Assembly: GCF_032191835.1 (NCBI RefSeq)
Contig: NC_083223.1
Span: forward strand, 143,282,001 to 143,346,000
Reading direction: 5' to 3'
DNA length: 64,000 nt
Source: Heteronotia binoei
Lineage: Eukaryota
Below the pieces are notes generated by a model that saw only the letters and a list, made by a program, of their open reading frames with translations, ran no database searches and was not told the origin of the DNA. This document shows, in pieces, positions 34,860 through 47,373 of this stretch (position 1 is the first letter of the stretch; every line of letters starts with the position of its first letter). Made by a program: the position numbers and the translations under genes.

Positions 34860-35263
34860 TAGAGAGCAGCAGGCGGCACATAAGAGTGCTGCCGCGCCAC
34901 TGCTTTCCCCCTGCACTACTCTTTGGAGGCTTCCTTGGAAGCATAGTTTTTAAAAGGCGACCAGCCATTTTCAGGTTGAAAGCTGCCGAGCGGCGCCTTC
35001 ATGGAAAGGCACCGCTTGGCTACTTTCAACCCAAAGGTGGCCGGCCACCTTTAAAACACCACGATCTCGAGCACCTGACATGTTGTTTCTGCTTGCTGAA
35101 GGGCTGGAAGATTTCTCCAACCCCTCAGCAAGCAGAAACGAGGTGGCACTTTTAGTCCTGAGCGCTCAAGAGCGCCCAGGACCGAAAGTTAAGCCCCACG
35201 TTGTTTCTGCTTGCTGAGGGGCCAGAAGATTTCTCCAACCCCTCAGCAAGCAGAAACAACATG
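34860..35263. other. CpG-rich cassette of consecutive inverted repeats
   Basis: Hairpins at 34948-35056, 35079-35145, 35149-35188 and 35197-35263; the second and fourth are direct duplicates. Confidence 0.8.
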
Positions 35264-35660
35264 CCCCCGAAGAGTCAGCGCCCTAGAAAGCTGATGAATG
35301 TTGCCTAATGGACGTGCCGGCTCTGTCAGCTGGTCCAACTGTGCTGCAGATCTAATTATGTTCAGACCGTCGTGGCATTTTTAAATGGACCCATGGACCC
35401 TGTGATGTCTAGTTTGTTCCTAAAATTCTGCAGTGAGAGTATGGCAGTTGCTAGGCAGAAAAACAGACCCACATGGAGACACTGTGATACAGAATAGTGA
35501 ACTGCTGAAATAGATGGGGCCTTCCAGGAGTGAAACGGTGATGATTCTTACCAAAAAGAAACAGTGAACCAGGTCTGGGAAAGTCAAGAAAACGACACAA
35601 TAGGACTGCCACCATAACCAGACTGGAATTGCAGAACAAATCACCCAACGAAGTCTAGAG

Positions 35661-36308
35661 GAGGGGTGTTGAACTCATTTGTTATGAGAGCCGGATCTGA
35701 CATAAATGAGACCTTGTTGGGCCAAGCCATGTTCGGTTGGGCCAGGCCATGTCAGGCCTGGCCATGTTGGGTTGGGCCATGTTTGTACCTTATTTAAGAT
35801 TAGGTAGCAGAGATATAAACTTTATAAAGAACACAAACACAATTAAATATTTTTTTTTAAAAAACAACAACCTCAAAACATGCTTAAAATGTTAGCACTC
35901 ATTGGTCTTAAAGGTGCTTTCTTTGTACTTCTCCCATAGGATCTAGGGAACTGGAAAAAGGAAGCTGTAGCTCTTTCCTTCCTTCCCTGAGGGGGAGGAG
36001 CCTCAGCCAATAGAAGGATGAGAGGCTTGGCTCAGTAGCTTTGCTATGCAATTGAGAGAACCTGGAAAAAACAAGCTCTGCCTTCCCCCCCTTCCACCCC
36101 AAGGGAGGAGCCTCAGGCTATGAAAAAAACAGGTTTTGCTCTGAGGCTCCTATGCAATTGAGCAAGCTTTGCAAAGCAAACTGTTATGCAGAAGGAAGCA
36201 AGAGATAGGGAGAAGGAAGCAGATGGCAGCCAGTTTTGCGGGGGGGGCTGATGGAAGCCCTCTAGGGGGACCTGATTTGGCCCCTGGGCCACATGTTTGA
36301 CACCCCTG
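35661..36308. mobile_element. hAT-Charlie-like MITE
   Basis: gaggggtgttgaac...gtttgacacccctg TIRs; TSD gtctagag / gactagag. Confidence 0.8.
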
Positions 36309-36882
36309 GACTAGAGGGGGAAAAAACAAAACATAAAACAGGTAATCCTGCCAAGTTATTAGGGACATATACTCCAACGATAAGGGGTCTCTATCAATAA
36401 AAGTAGTAAAAAAGATTGGGTGTTTCATCTTCCACAGGGAGCTAAAGAACCCCGCATAAAAGATGATAAAGAACTGAAACAGAAATTATCCCTTTGGGCA
36501 GGTCGATAGGGCTGCACCTAAAGTAACCATCTACAAGATGTTGTTCTTAGCTTTCTGTGTGGCCTGAAAAAATGCCATGGTGAACTATGCTACCATACGA
36601 AATAATTGGAACCTCTGGTGAGAGCATCCAGGATGTGTTAATGGAGGAAAACTTATTTGTGATGAAGTCCATGACAACATGGATGTTTTGCACTAAACCA
36701 CAACAGCAAAAGAAAAGAAAGTGTATATAGTTCTTTAAGTCTGTCAAAGTGCACTGCATAGTACATAAAAGGCAGAAATGAGATTTGTGGGCATAAAAAA
36801 GGCCCTACCATCTTAGTAAAAATATGTGCCACTAACCTCTGAGAAAAGAAAAAAATATTTTCAATTAATTAATAAAATGGAG

Positions 36883-37090
36883 CAGGACTTTTTTTTGTAG
36901 AAAAAGCTCAGCAGGAACTCATTTGCATGTTAGGGCACACACCTCTATATCACTATTGTTTCGTATAGGGTTTATTTGTAGAAAAAAGCCCAGCAGAAAC
37001 TCACTGACATATTAGGCCACACCCCCTGATACCAAGCCAGCCGGAACTGCGTTCCTGTGCATTCCTGCTCAAAAAAAAAAAAAAGCCCTG
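36883..37090. mobile_element. hAT MITE (CAGGGCTTTTTT family)
   Basis: Same family as 32624; TSD aaatggag / gaattgag (6/8). Confidence 0.75.
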
Positions 37091-38089
37091 GAATTGAGTA
37101 AATTGAGCTCTTCCCCCTCCCTCCAAAAAAAGTAGTAGAAGTAGTTCTGCTAGTTGTAGTTTGCACATATAAATGCAGAGGGACTCTCTGTAGGTAAAAT
37201 AGAGAAACATATGAATAAGAAAGCCAAGCAGAAATGGTTTAATACCATTAATATGAGAATGAGAACAAATGAGAATGAGAACTTAAAAATAATCACATAC
37301 TTAAATAGACCTCCTGGAACTAAAAATGTGAACAGAATATTTTCTTCTGCCCGTCTTAATAAATAAAGTTTTCTGAAAATAAACACAATGAAGGGTTCCC
37401 TTAATGAGGAGGCAGGTGACCTCCACCTAGAGAAGATGTGGAAAATACCATACACATACAAAAAGATGAGAAGAAGAATTATAGGAAACCATGAGAACAA
37501 GTAATGGAGATTATCCAATAAAAATGGGTGCATGCAACTGCCAGTCTGAGTAGACAATGATGAACCAATGGACTGATTCTGTACAAGGCAACTTCATGTG
37601 TTCATGACAACCATCAGGAGGGGACGAAGGGTCCACTTGGAGTCTCTCTTTTTTTGTAGTATTGTTTTGATGGCAGTTTGTGGCCAGTATCTTGTTCATG
37701 GGTATATTGGAGGGTTGGTAGCTGTTCTCCAGCAGATTGTGTGATAGTATGTTATTAGCCAAATTGCCCTCAAAAAGAAGTTGGGGAATTAATCTGGTGG
37801 GCAAAGATGGCCAACTTAAGCAGGGTCAAACCCTGTGTATACAGGAGGTGGTCTTCCTAGAATTTCCCTTTAAATAATGAGGAGAATTTTGGTAAACTAT
37901 AATTGTTTTTATTAGATAATTATTCAAACATACAAGAAAATAAAATCATCAATCACACAGTTCCTAAGAAAAACAAAGATGAAAATTACATAGAGAAACA
38001 TATAAGGGAAAGGCATACAGGGCTTATACTTTACCTATCTTGAAGACTGCAAAAGAAACGGTCCAGTAGTGAAAACAATAACGGGAGGG

Positions 38090-38930
38090 GGAGCCAGTGA
38101 TGACCAGCATCACTAGCCATAATAGGGCCCATTGCCCCCCCCCCCCAAGTCGGAATAAAGAGACGGACACAATTAGATTGGTGAAACTATGGGCCACTTT
38201 ATTAAATAACACAGCAACGGCAAGGGCAACCGAACTGCGGCCAAGTCAGGGCCAGGGGTCTCATCAGACCGCTCCCTTGCCTTTTCCAGCGGGTGAGAGA
38301 CCTGGCCCCCCAGCCGGAGCTGTGAGCCACAGCTCCCGTTAGGCAGGCCCAGCAGGGAGGCTCGCACCGGAGGGCCCAGACACCAGACACAAGTCTCAGC
38401 GAAAGGCATCCATCCAATCGAGTCTCCAGGACAGTCTGCATTCACACACCTCAGGCCACACCCAAAGGTTGATCCTGCCAGACCCCTAACTCCCCAAAAG
38501 GGGGAGGCTAACCGGTCCTCCCCAGGCCGCATGGTGCCATAAGCCCCGTAAAACCTGCCCTAAAAAGTGACCAAGCTATACAAAGGCACCAACCCAAGGC
38601 CAATTCCTCAATCCACTGATATGCTATGCAGGGTAGGCAAAAAACACCCCCCAGTCACCAGCCAAACAGCCGGGGAGTAAAAAATTCCTACCTGGCCCCG
38701 CCACAAAAGAGGCAACCAGCAATTGCCTACATAACAAACAGGGTTGGTGGGAGGGCCAAGCACCAAGAACGGACTGACGCGACGAGGAGCGGAGGCTTCG
38801 AGGCAAGCTCTGAAGCCCCGACCCCTCCAGACGCGCCCGAAAGCGCGCCGAAGTGTCCGCTCTCCCTCCGGGGGGGGGGGCAAAATCTCTCCTGCAGCCA
38901 TGCCGTGATGCGGCGGGCCGCAAGAGGCTC
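38090..38930 (-). mobile_element. GC-rich LTR-like remnant, possibly an Ngaro-type terminal repeat
   Basis: CpG-rich non-coding block with a minus-strand aataaagtggcc poly(A)-signal context. Family assignment is from recall only. Confidence 0.35.
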
Positions 38931-40039
38931 TGATTATGTAATTGGTAATGGCTCAAACAGCAAAGTGGGGATACTGTAGAGACACACCTGAATGGCCATG
39001 GACTGGCCTTGATATAGCCAAATTTGTGCCCTCAGGTGATAATGTCAGGTGGTCCATGACATAGGTCAGATGACCTGTGACACTGTATGACATCAGTACA
39101 TGTGACTTCTGATGTCACAGAAGGGGTGGAAAGCGGGAGGCTCCCAGGGGCTTGACAGGATTATTGAGTCATGATGGGTTTACCTAGTGTAAACAAATAA
39201 ACATATGTGGGGAATTTAGAGCCAAATTGCTATCTCATTGCAACACCACAGCAAACACAATGAGGATGATCTGCACAACAGATTAAGTCTTGGCCGATGA
39301 TCTTTCTCCTGGGCTTCTTCTTTGTGTCCAGCGATCTCCTTAATGGCTGGCAGGACAGTCTTTTTGTTACATGCAGGTGTGGTAGCAAGCTCTTTTGTTC
39401 AACTGTGAGCTACTCCATTTGCATCTGACTTGACATTCCCAGAGTATGTGCTGCTCTTGCTCTGCCCTCATGGCTGCTGAACAGGAACAAGATGGATACA
39501 GAATCTCTCTTCCATCATGGCTTCTAGTGAAAGCTGCTCTTAGAGGCTGTCTTCATTTGACAGGAGTGCATTTGTGTTCTGCATGGCTTGGCAGCTTCTT
39601 GGGGAAGCCTGATCTGGATTCCTTCTATGGAAAGCATTGTCAGGAACAAGCAGGAAGTTTTCCTTGGTTGGAGTGCTTGCTGCTTGGCCCCACACAAAGT
39701 GAAATGTTCATATTGACGGGTGCCCATGTAATTGACTGAACTTAAGTAAGGCTGAGGGTCCAATGTAGCAGGATACATGTGCTTATAAGGATACATAGCC
39801 CATAATAACTAAGAGTCCAGGGAGTATGTCAACAGAGCCAGAGTGAACCCAGTTCATTAAAGATGGATGAGGAGGCTTGGGCTTACAATGTTGTGAAGAT
39901 GCTGCTTGTTCTTTCTTATTCATTCCTTGATTATGCTGAAAGTACTCCTTCAGGTGTAGATGGTGGAGGACAACTTCCAGGTCCCTTCAGAACTGAATCA
40001 TTTGTATGGATTGGTGAGGTAGAATGATAGTCCATGTGA

Positions 40040-40246
40040 AAGATAGGTGGAGCCTGGAGATTTCCTGCTTTAACAACTGATCTCCAGCTGGCAGAGATCA
40101 ACTCCCCTGGAGAAAATGGCTCCTTTGAAGTGTGGACTCTATGACATTGTATCATGCTGAGGCCTCTTCCCTTTCCAAATCCTCCCTTCTCCCAGATCCA
40201 CTCCCAAAGTCTCCAGGTATTTTCCAACACAGACTTGGCAACCCTA
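40040..40246. mobile_element. hAT MITE (reverse orientation of the 30701 family)
   Basis: Ends ttggcaacccta; internal sequence is the reverse complement of 30701-30909. Confidence 0.75.
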
Positions 40247-40961
40247 TGTAACAGGACACTGATCAGAAGTTTGAGTAGTGTCTTGGAGAATTTAAGACAT
40301 AGTGGTTTTTTTCTGTATATTTTGGAAGATATATGGATTGTAGAGGATTCTTAATTCTCATCCCTTAGGTATAATATCCAGGTTTTCACATTTTATAAGA
40401 AAGGAAATATCAGTCTGTACCTGTGCAAGTTTCTTTGTGAGGCTGAAGGATTTCCATTCCATGTGGCTTAAAATTGTGCCTTCAAGATAGAATCAGCTAA
40501 TTCCATTGCAATTCCCCAGGCAGATAAGGCAAAGAGAATGGTCATCTGTCAGACCATTATACTGCCACAGTCAAAACAATCTGAAGATTTTCCTTTGTCA
40601 TAACAACAACGTTTAAAACCTCAATGTATTTGTCTCTAAGGAGAATGAAATCCTCTTCAAGAATGAAGTGAGGAAGAAAGAAACAGAACAGCAGCAGAGC
40701 TCTTTAGATGTATATTTTCCCACAGAGAAAGAGAAATGTGGAAAAGCTGAAAGCATAAAGAGTATGATAACAAGTGTCAACTCTCTGCTGTGGCAGAAAG
40801 AGAACTGAGGGATATCAGCCCCTGCCCCACTTCTTGCACCTGGAGAAAGGTTGGAAACTCCAGAGCAGGGAGTGTTCAAACTTTAAGAGTTCTAAAAGTT
40901 TCTTCCATGGGTAGGCCAGCACAGGCTCAGTACCCATATCGGACTGCACCGTGACCATAGT

Positions 40962-41165
40962 CAGGGCTTTTTTTGAACAGGAGTACACACAAATACAGTT
41001 CCAGCTGGCTTGGTGTTGGGGGCGGGGGGCGGGGCCTAATATGCAAATGAGTTCCTGCTGGGTTTTTCCTTTAAAAAATCCACTAGTGAAACAATGGGGA
41101 TATTGGGGGTGTGGCCTAATATACAAATGAGTTCCTGCTGAGCTTTTTCAACAAAAAAAGCCCTG
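40962..41165. mobile_element. hAT MITE (CAGGGCTTTTTT family)
   Basis: cagggcttttttt...aaaaaaagccctg; TSD accatagt / accacaat (6/8). Confidence 0.75.
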
Positions 41166-41829
41166 ACCACAATGATGAATATTTTGTTACATCTCAGAGG
41201 GTTGACTGAAGATTTACAAATAATCAGCATGGGATCAACATACCCTGCAACTTTTGCCTCTTCCAGATTCTTCAAATAGTTCTCAAAGAAAGATTATAAC
41301 CTCAGATACACACATACTTCTTCAATGTCAGAAGATGTATTGTATACCAACATCTGAAATTCAATTACTTGAAGTTTCCCCACCTACACACTACTAATGT
41401 CCTGGATGCTGAACCTATGATCAACTGTCTTATTTATTAAAATATTTTAAAATATTCATGTGATAGTTTTATTGTTTTACTTTTCTAAGATACCCTGAGA
41501 ATGTTTTATTGAGAGGCAGGATATAAATGTTCTAAATAAAAACAAATAACTAAAATGTTTGTCTTTTTGTCATTTTCTGTTGTAATAAAACAAAGTACTT
41601 CCCAGTGTAATCCTATCCAGAGTTACTCTAGACTAAGACCGTTTATTTCAATGGATTAGAATACTGCAACTTTGCACAGTATTGCACTGTCAGTCACCTA
41701 CTGCCTGTCTGATAAAAATGTAATGAAATCCTAACATACTGAAACATCATCAGGCACAACAAGATTGAACAACATAAAATTAAAATATGGCAGCATTTGG
41801 AAAAGAAGATAATATTTATGGCCTCCTCT

Positions 41830-42270
41830 TGTAGAAGGAAAATAACGGAGCCGCACACTTACTGGTATGAAACAAAGTATTTTACTACTGGTACCATTAG
41901 TAGGGTTCAGTTTAGCATCATTGCTCCAAAAATACTGAACCTTCCTCCCCGATCCTCAGACCGCCTTTTTAAGCGCAAAGCAAACTTAGCAGGCAAGCCC
42001 TACAAATTATCTGATTCAACATTCCCCCACTCCCTTGCTTTCCTTCTAGTATTTTTCCATTCCTCTTGACCCCCTGCATTATCAGCTTTAGCAAAAAGCT
42101 TCTCAGAGAGGCCTCTCTGTTATCCAATACACATCTGTGAATCCACACCAATTGAAGGCTGTCTGCTTCTAACACATTGCATCAGACACCCTTTTTGCTT
42201 TTGAAGGTAAAAGCATATTTTCATTTGTTATTATAAGGTTATTCATTAATTAGTCAGGGGTCCCCCTTCA
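41830..42270 (-). repeat. ERV 3' LTR
   Basis: TG...CA ends; about 30 substitutions versus 51684-52124 by manual count. Confidence 0.95.
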
Positions 42271-42282
42271 TTCTCCCCTTTC
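42271..42282 (-). promoter_or_regulatory. Polypurine tract
   Basis: gaaaggggagaa immediately before the 3' LTR on the minus strand. Confidence 0.85.
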
Positions 42283-42289
42283 AAACTCT

Positions 42290-43966
42290 GAAAGCTTATT
42301 TGAGTCTGAAAGAGTCTGACCATTATTACACAAATTAATGAAATATTGTTTCCTTTCCTCTGGAGACATGTACAAGATGTTGACATTTTTTTGAAAGGAA
42401 CAGCATTATTAATACTGTACCTCATAACAGGAATTAAATATGGCAATAGCCCTAAACCTCCTAAAAAAATACCAATTTAGAATAAAATACGCTTCCAATC
42501 TCCCATAATTTGTCCAAATCATGATGCATCCAAATTTTTCCATGTTTGGACTGGTACATGAGCAATTTTATGAATTTCAGATGCTAAATTCTATACAGCC
42601 TCTCCAGTATCATCTATATTAAGACAGCAATTTGAAAGATTAAACTTCCCACAGACACCTCCTTCTTCAGCCAGCAAATAATCCAGAGCCAAATGGTTCT
42701 GATTTATGGCTGCATGCATCTGGATCTGTTGTCTAGCCAACAGTTCTAAAACCATGGCTGTTTGATTCGTAATGATTTCTATCACAGCGTGCAATCTATT
42801 AATACGGTTAAGCATATACACAGGTGTTCTGTATGCTCAAGACCCATCTTGTGCCCAAGTAGCTGGGCCATAGTATCCAATGATCTGCTGTGGGGGCCAT
42901 GCATCTCCCCACTGCATACCTCCGATGTCCAAGGAACATTTTGATCTAACATAATCATCAAACACTGGGGTCCCCAAAGCAGAACCAATATTTAATGGCA
43001 AAAGAAAGAAGCTGGGACGTATTGTTCCAATAATGCAAGTTCCATGCTATCTCCTGGGCAGTAGTGTATAAACCCTTTTACCACAGATCCAATATAACTC
43101 TTCAGGAGCCATCCATTGCTCAGAGGAATCTGAAGCAGCATTAAAATATTTATTTATACTGCTAACATTTTCCCATGGCTGAAAATCCTCTATAACAGTG
43201 CCCTTCACCTCTACCCATTTTGGTTTTTCCTTAGTAGAGCTAACTAACAAAGTTCGGTTGCAGAAAGTGTGCCCAACATGCTTTCCATTTGTCCACAGCA
43301 CAGCCCAGGAAATGCATAATTCTCCATTCACCACTGTCTGCAATTCCCAGATCTTTCTCTAATCTGGCCTTGACTCTGAGCTAGGTTTATTCCATCGGAC
43401 TAGGTCAGAAGGCAAGACCTCAGTGCCAATCCAAGGCCATCTCCCACTCATTAGTGGACCTCCGGACACCCAACAGTTTGAAATATTTAGGGAGGCGGCT
43501 ATTTGCTCAGCTAAGGCTATAAAAAGATTACTCCCAGGTTCTGGAATGACAAATTTCTCATCCTGTGCATCATTAAAAACACTTATACAAAATTTTCTTA
43601 TTCTCCTGGACAAGTATTTTTAGGCTTAGGGTTGGGCTTTTTTACCTGGTGGGACTTTAAATCAATTGGCCAGCATACCCACTGTGACGTCGGGCAGCGG
43701 AAACTTCCTCTAAAAGTTATTGTCCTGCTTGATCCAGGATATTCTAATTTTGCTTGCTAATAAGACACTCCACGTTCTACACAAACTATCTGAGTGTTAG
43801 GTTTTATGCAGACTCCATGCACTCCCTTAGATTGAACACGCAACATACGTTTAGAATCCTTTCCTTCCCAGCATCTAGTACATCTCACTGCTTGAGTACA
43901 GCACATTCGCTTACTGGCAAAAATATAGCAAGAAAGCACAGCAAAAAGAGCTTTTGAAGCATGCAT
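42290..43966 (-). pseudogene. env: env (ERV3/HERV-I-like), disrupted
   Basis: [77 protein letters not shown] and AHVPVQTWK. Several stops. Confidence 0.92.
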
Positions 43967-46029
43967 GATTTTTTAAAAGTCCTACAGCAAATGCTTATAG
44001 CGAAATAGCACTGATGTAATAATATAGTCAATACAGAAAAATAAGCAAGAAATTTAGCAAACTAATACAAAGGAATATCTAGCTCTGCACAGCTCCAGAA
44101 GTCTTCCTCAAGCTTCAGCCATGCGTAGACCAGCCAGGTTCCAAGTGAGGCTGGAGCAAGGCTGCTGACTTTTAACAGTCTTTACTGAGTGGCATAAGGC
44201 CAGGTAGGGTCTTTATAAAGTTTCAAAGTTAATGGTTTCTCTGGAACTGGCTGAGCTTTCCAGTAATCTGCAGCTCGCTTTAAATGTGACCAATGGCTCC
44301 ACGCTGCTACGCCTTGTACCTTGCCAGCTGTAGGGGAACTTAAAAGGACAGTGAATGGGCCCTAACACCTAGGCTGTAAGGTCTTTGCCCTCCAGTTTTT
44401 TACCCACACATTATCTCCCGGCTGGTAAGCATGTACAGGAGAATAAATTTGATATGGCAAAGTTTCAAACACATACTTATTCACCTCCATTACAGCTTTG
44501 CCCAAGGCTTGCAACTCCTCAAAAGTTATAAGGCTCCTCAACTGCGAAAGGTCACCTCGAACTCCTTGGACTATAGGGAGGGGGTCTTCCATAAACGATC
44601 TCGAAAGGTGACAGACGAAGTCATTTGTGTGGCAAACAGTGCAACCAAAACAATGCAATTGGCAACATTGTAGTCCATGGCAAATGGGCCTGTTTCCTGA
44701 CAGAGTTTAGACAAGGAATTCTTCAGAGTTCTATTAGCCCTTTCAACTTTTGCTGAACTCTATGGGCGGTAGGCTGCATGCAATTTCCAGGTAATACCAA
44801 GCAACGTAGACACACCCTGTACAGTTTTCTCTATAAATGATGATCCATTATCGCTGCCGATAATTACAGGTAAACCAAATTTAGGCACAATGTCTTTTAA
44901 TAAGGTTTTTACAACCTCGTTGGCTTTGTCAGTGCGTGCGGCATAAACTTCAATTCATCCAGACATAGTAGAAACAAATACCAGAATGTAACGGTACTGT
45001 CCGGCTTCGGGCATCTCAGTGAAATCCACAACTAGGGAGGAGAAAAATGTTGCTCCCACTGGCTGACTCCCAGGGAGTTGAGTGGGACCCGACCTTGGAT
45101 TATTCTTTGCACATGTAACACATCGTGCAGAGGCTTGGGCTGTCAGTGAACTCACACGATTAATATATGCCCACTGACTCACAGAGCGTTCTAGTGCAGT
45201 CTTTCCATAATGTGTTCCCTCATGCAGAATCTGAATTAATGGCCATGCGACAGCTTCTGGAATATAAATTCTGCCATCGGGGAGAACATACCAGCCATCC
45301 CTTCATTTGGTTACTGCCCCTTGAGTTTGAACCCACTGCTCCTCAGCTTGTGAATACCGAGGACTCGATTCGGTTAAGGAAACTTGAAAAACAGGCAGAA
45401 TTTCTGTGCTTCCCTGATAAGGCTTTAGTGCTGCCCCCTTAGCTGGTAAATATGCCTTCCAATTTCCTCTTGCTACTGGACTTAGGGGCTTCTGATGATC
45501 TCGGCAATGGATGACAGCTATGTGCCAGGGTGCCCAGACAGCTTTTAACAATTGCAAGATCTCTTTACTATTTTTAATTTCTTTACCACTTGCAGTAATT
45601 AAGCCTCTCTCTTTATATAGGGCTCCATGAGCATGCAGCGTCATAAAAGCATATTTAGTCTGTGTAAATATTTACTTTAAGTCCCTCTGCTAACCAGAGT
45701 GCTCTGATGAGGGCAATTAACTCAGCTTTCTGTGCAGAGGTTGAAACAGGCAGTGGTTCTGCTTCCATCACTGCTTCTAGAGTGACTACTGCATATCCTG
45801 CTCTGCGCTTCCCATCCTGGATAAAGCTGCTCCCATCGGTATAATATTCAATATCAGGACCTGAAAATGGGCCATCTTTCAGATCTGGCCAGCTGGAAAA
45901 TACTTCTTCCATAACCTCTAAGCAATCATGCTCCAATGCATCATCAGGAGTTGGCAACAAAGAGGCTGGGTTCAGAGCTGACACAGTCACTATTTTCACT
46001 CTGGGATTTTCACACATAAATGCCTGATA

Positions 46030-47373
46030 CGTGGGGACATGGGGATTCAGGGGATTGGCTTTACAATGGCTTACCTCTTTCCTCAAGGGTCGGGGACAAA
46101 GAGTGGCGATTGGGGGTGAGCTGTCCCGGAGGTACCCACTGGATTGCGGGGTCCCTCAGGGGGCAGTTCTCTCCCCGATGTTGTTTAACATCTACATGCG
46201 CCCTCTTGCCCAGATTGCCCGGAGATATGGGCTGGGCTGTCACCAGTATGCTGATGACACCCAGCTCTATCTACTTATGGACGGCCGGCCTGCCTGTGTC
46301 CCTGAAAACCTGGACCTGGCATTGCAGGCCATATCTAGATGGCTTAGGCTGAGCGGGCTGAAACTAAATCCGTCGAAGACAGAGGTCCTTTGCCTTGGTC
46401 GCCGTGGTCCGGGGAGGGAGATTCCCTTACCGGCCCTCGATGGTGTGCCCCTGTCAGCGGCGCACAGGGTTAGGAGCCTGGGGGTGCTATTGGAGCCTAC
46501 TTTAATTAAGGAGGCCCAGATAGCGGCCACTGCCAAGTCCGCATTTTTTCATCTTAGGCGGGCAAGGCAGTTGGCCCCTTTCCTGGAGGACGACGACCTG
46601 GCAACAGTGATCCATGCAACGGTCACCTCGAGGCTGGATTACTGCAATGCCCTCTACATGGGGCTGCCCCTGTGCCGAACCCGGAAGTTGCAGCTAGTGC
46701 AGAATGCCGCTGCCCGGCTGTTGTTAGGGCTCCCTAGATGGGAGCACATTCAGCCGGGGCTTCGGGGACTGCACTGGCTGCCGATAACATACCGCGTTCG
46801 GTACAAGGTGCTGGTTATGACCTTTAAAGCCCTTTATGGCCTGGGACCTGCCTACCTTAGGGACCGTCTCTCCCCACATGTTCCCCAGCGAGTGCTGAGA
46901 TCGGGGTCCCAAAACCTTCTCACAATCCCTGGGCCAAAGGAGGCCTGTCTGAAAGTGACTAGAGACAGGGCCTTCTCGGTGGTAGCTCCTTGTTGGTGGA
47001 ATCAGCTCCCGGAGGAGGTGAGGGCCCTGCGGAGCCTTGAAACAGCCCTCTTCCGGTTGGCATACAAGTAATTTGCTATCGGAATGCCTGAACATCTAAT
47101 CTCGAACATCAGACTATCTAATATTGGAACACTGAAGAACTGATTTGAAGAATGGCAGCATAGTATATATTGATGTGAGCTCTACGAGCTTTATGTGTTT
47201 TATGTATTTTATATGTATTTTAAGTATTTTATTGTATAATTATAATTACTAATGTATTTTTAATATATTTAAATTGATTTTGTTGGTTTTATGTTGTAAG
47301 CCGCCCTGAGCCCGCCTCGGTGGGGTAGGGCGGGATATAAATCGAATTAAATAAATAAATAAATAAATAAATA
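46030..47373 (+). mobile_element. 5'-truncated L2 LINE inserted in ERV pol
   Basis: L2 RT motifs and an (aaat)n tail. Flanks gata/gata restore pol MVRYQAFMCENP. Confidence 0.93.
46031..47071 (+). pseudogene. L2 ORF2 C-terminal half, frame open for 346 codons
   Basis: GVPQGAVLSPMLFNIYM, YADDTQLY, SRLDYCNALY, LHWLP; no start region. Confidence 0.9.

Noticed and set aside
35181-35300. gaaa and ctgatga near the hairpin cassette as a hammerhead
   Set aside because: No helix II or NUH geometry can be built.
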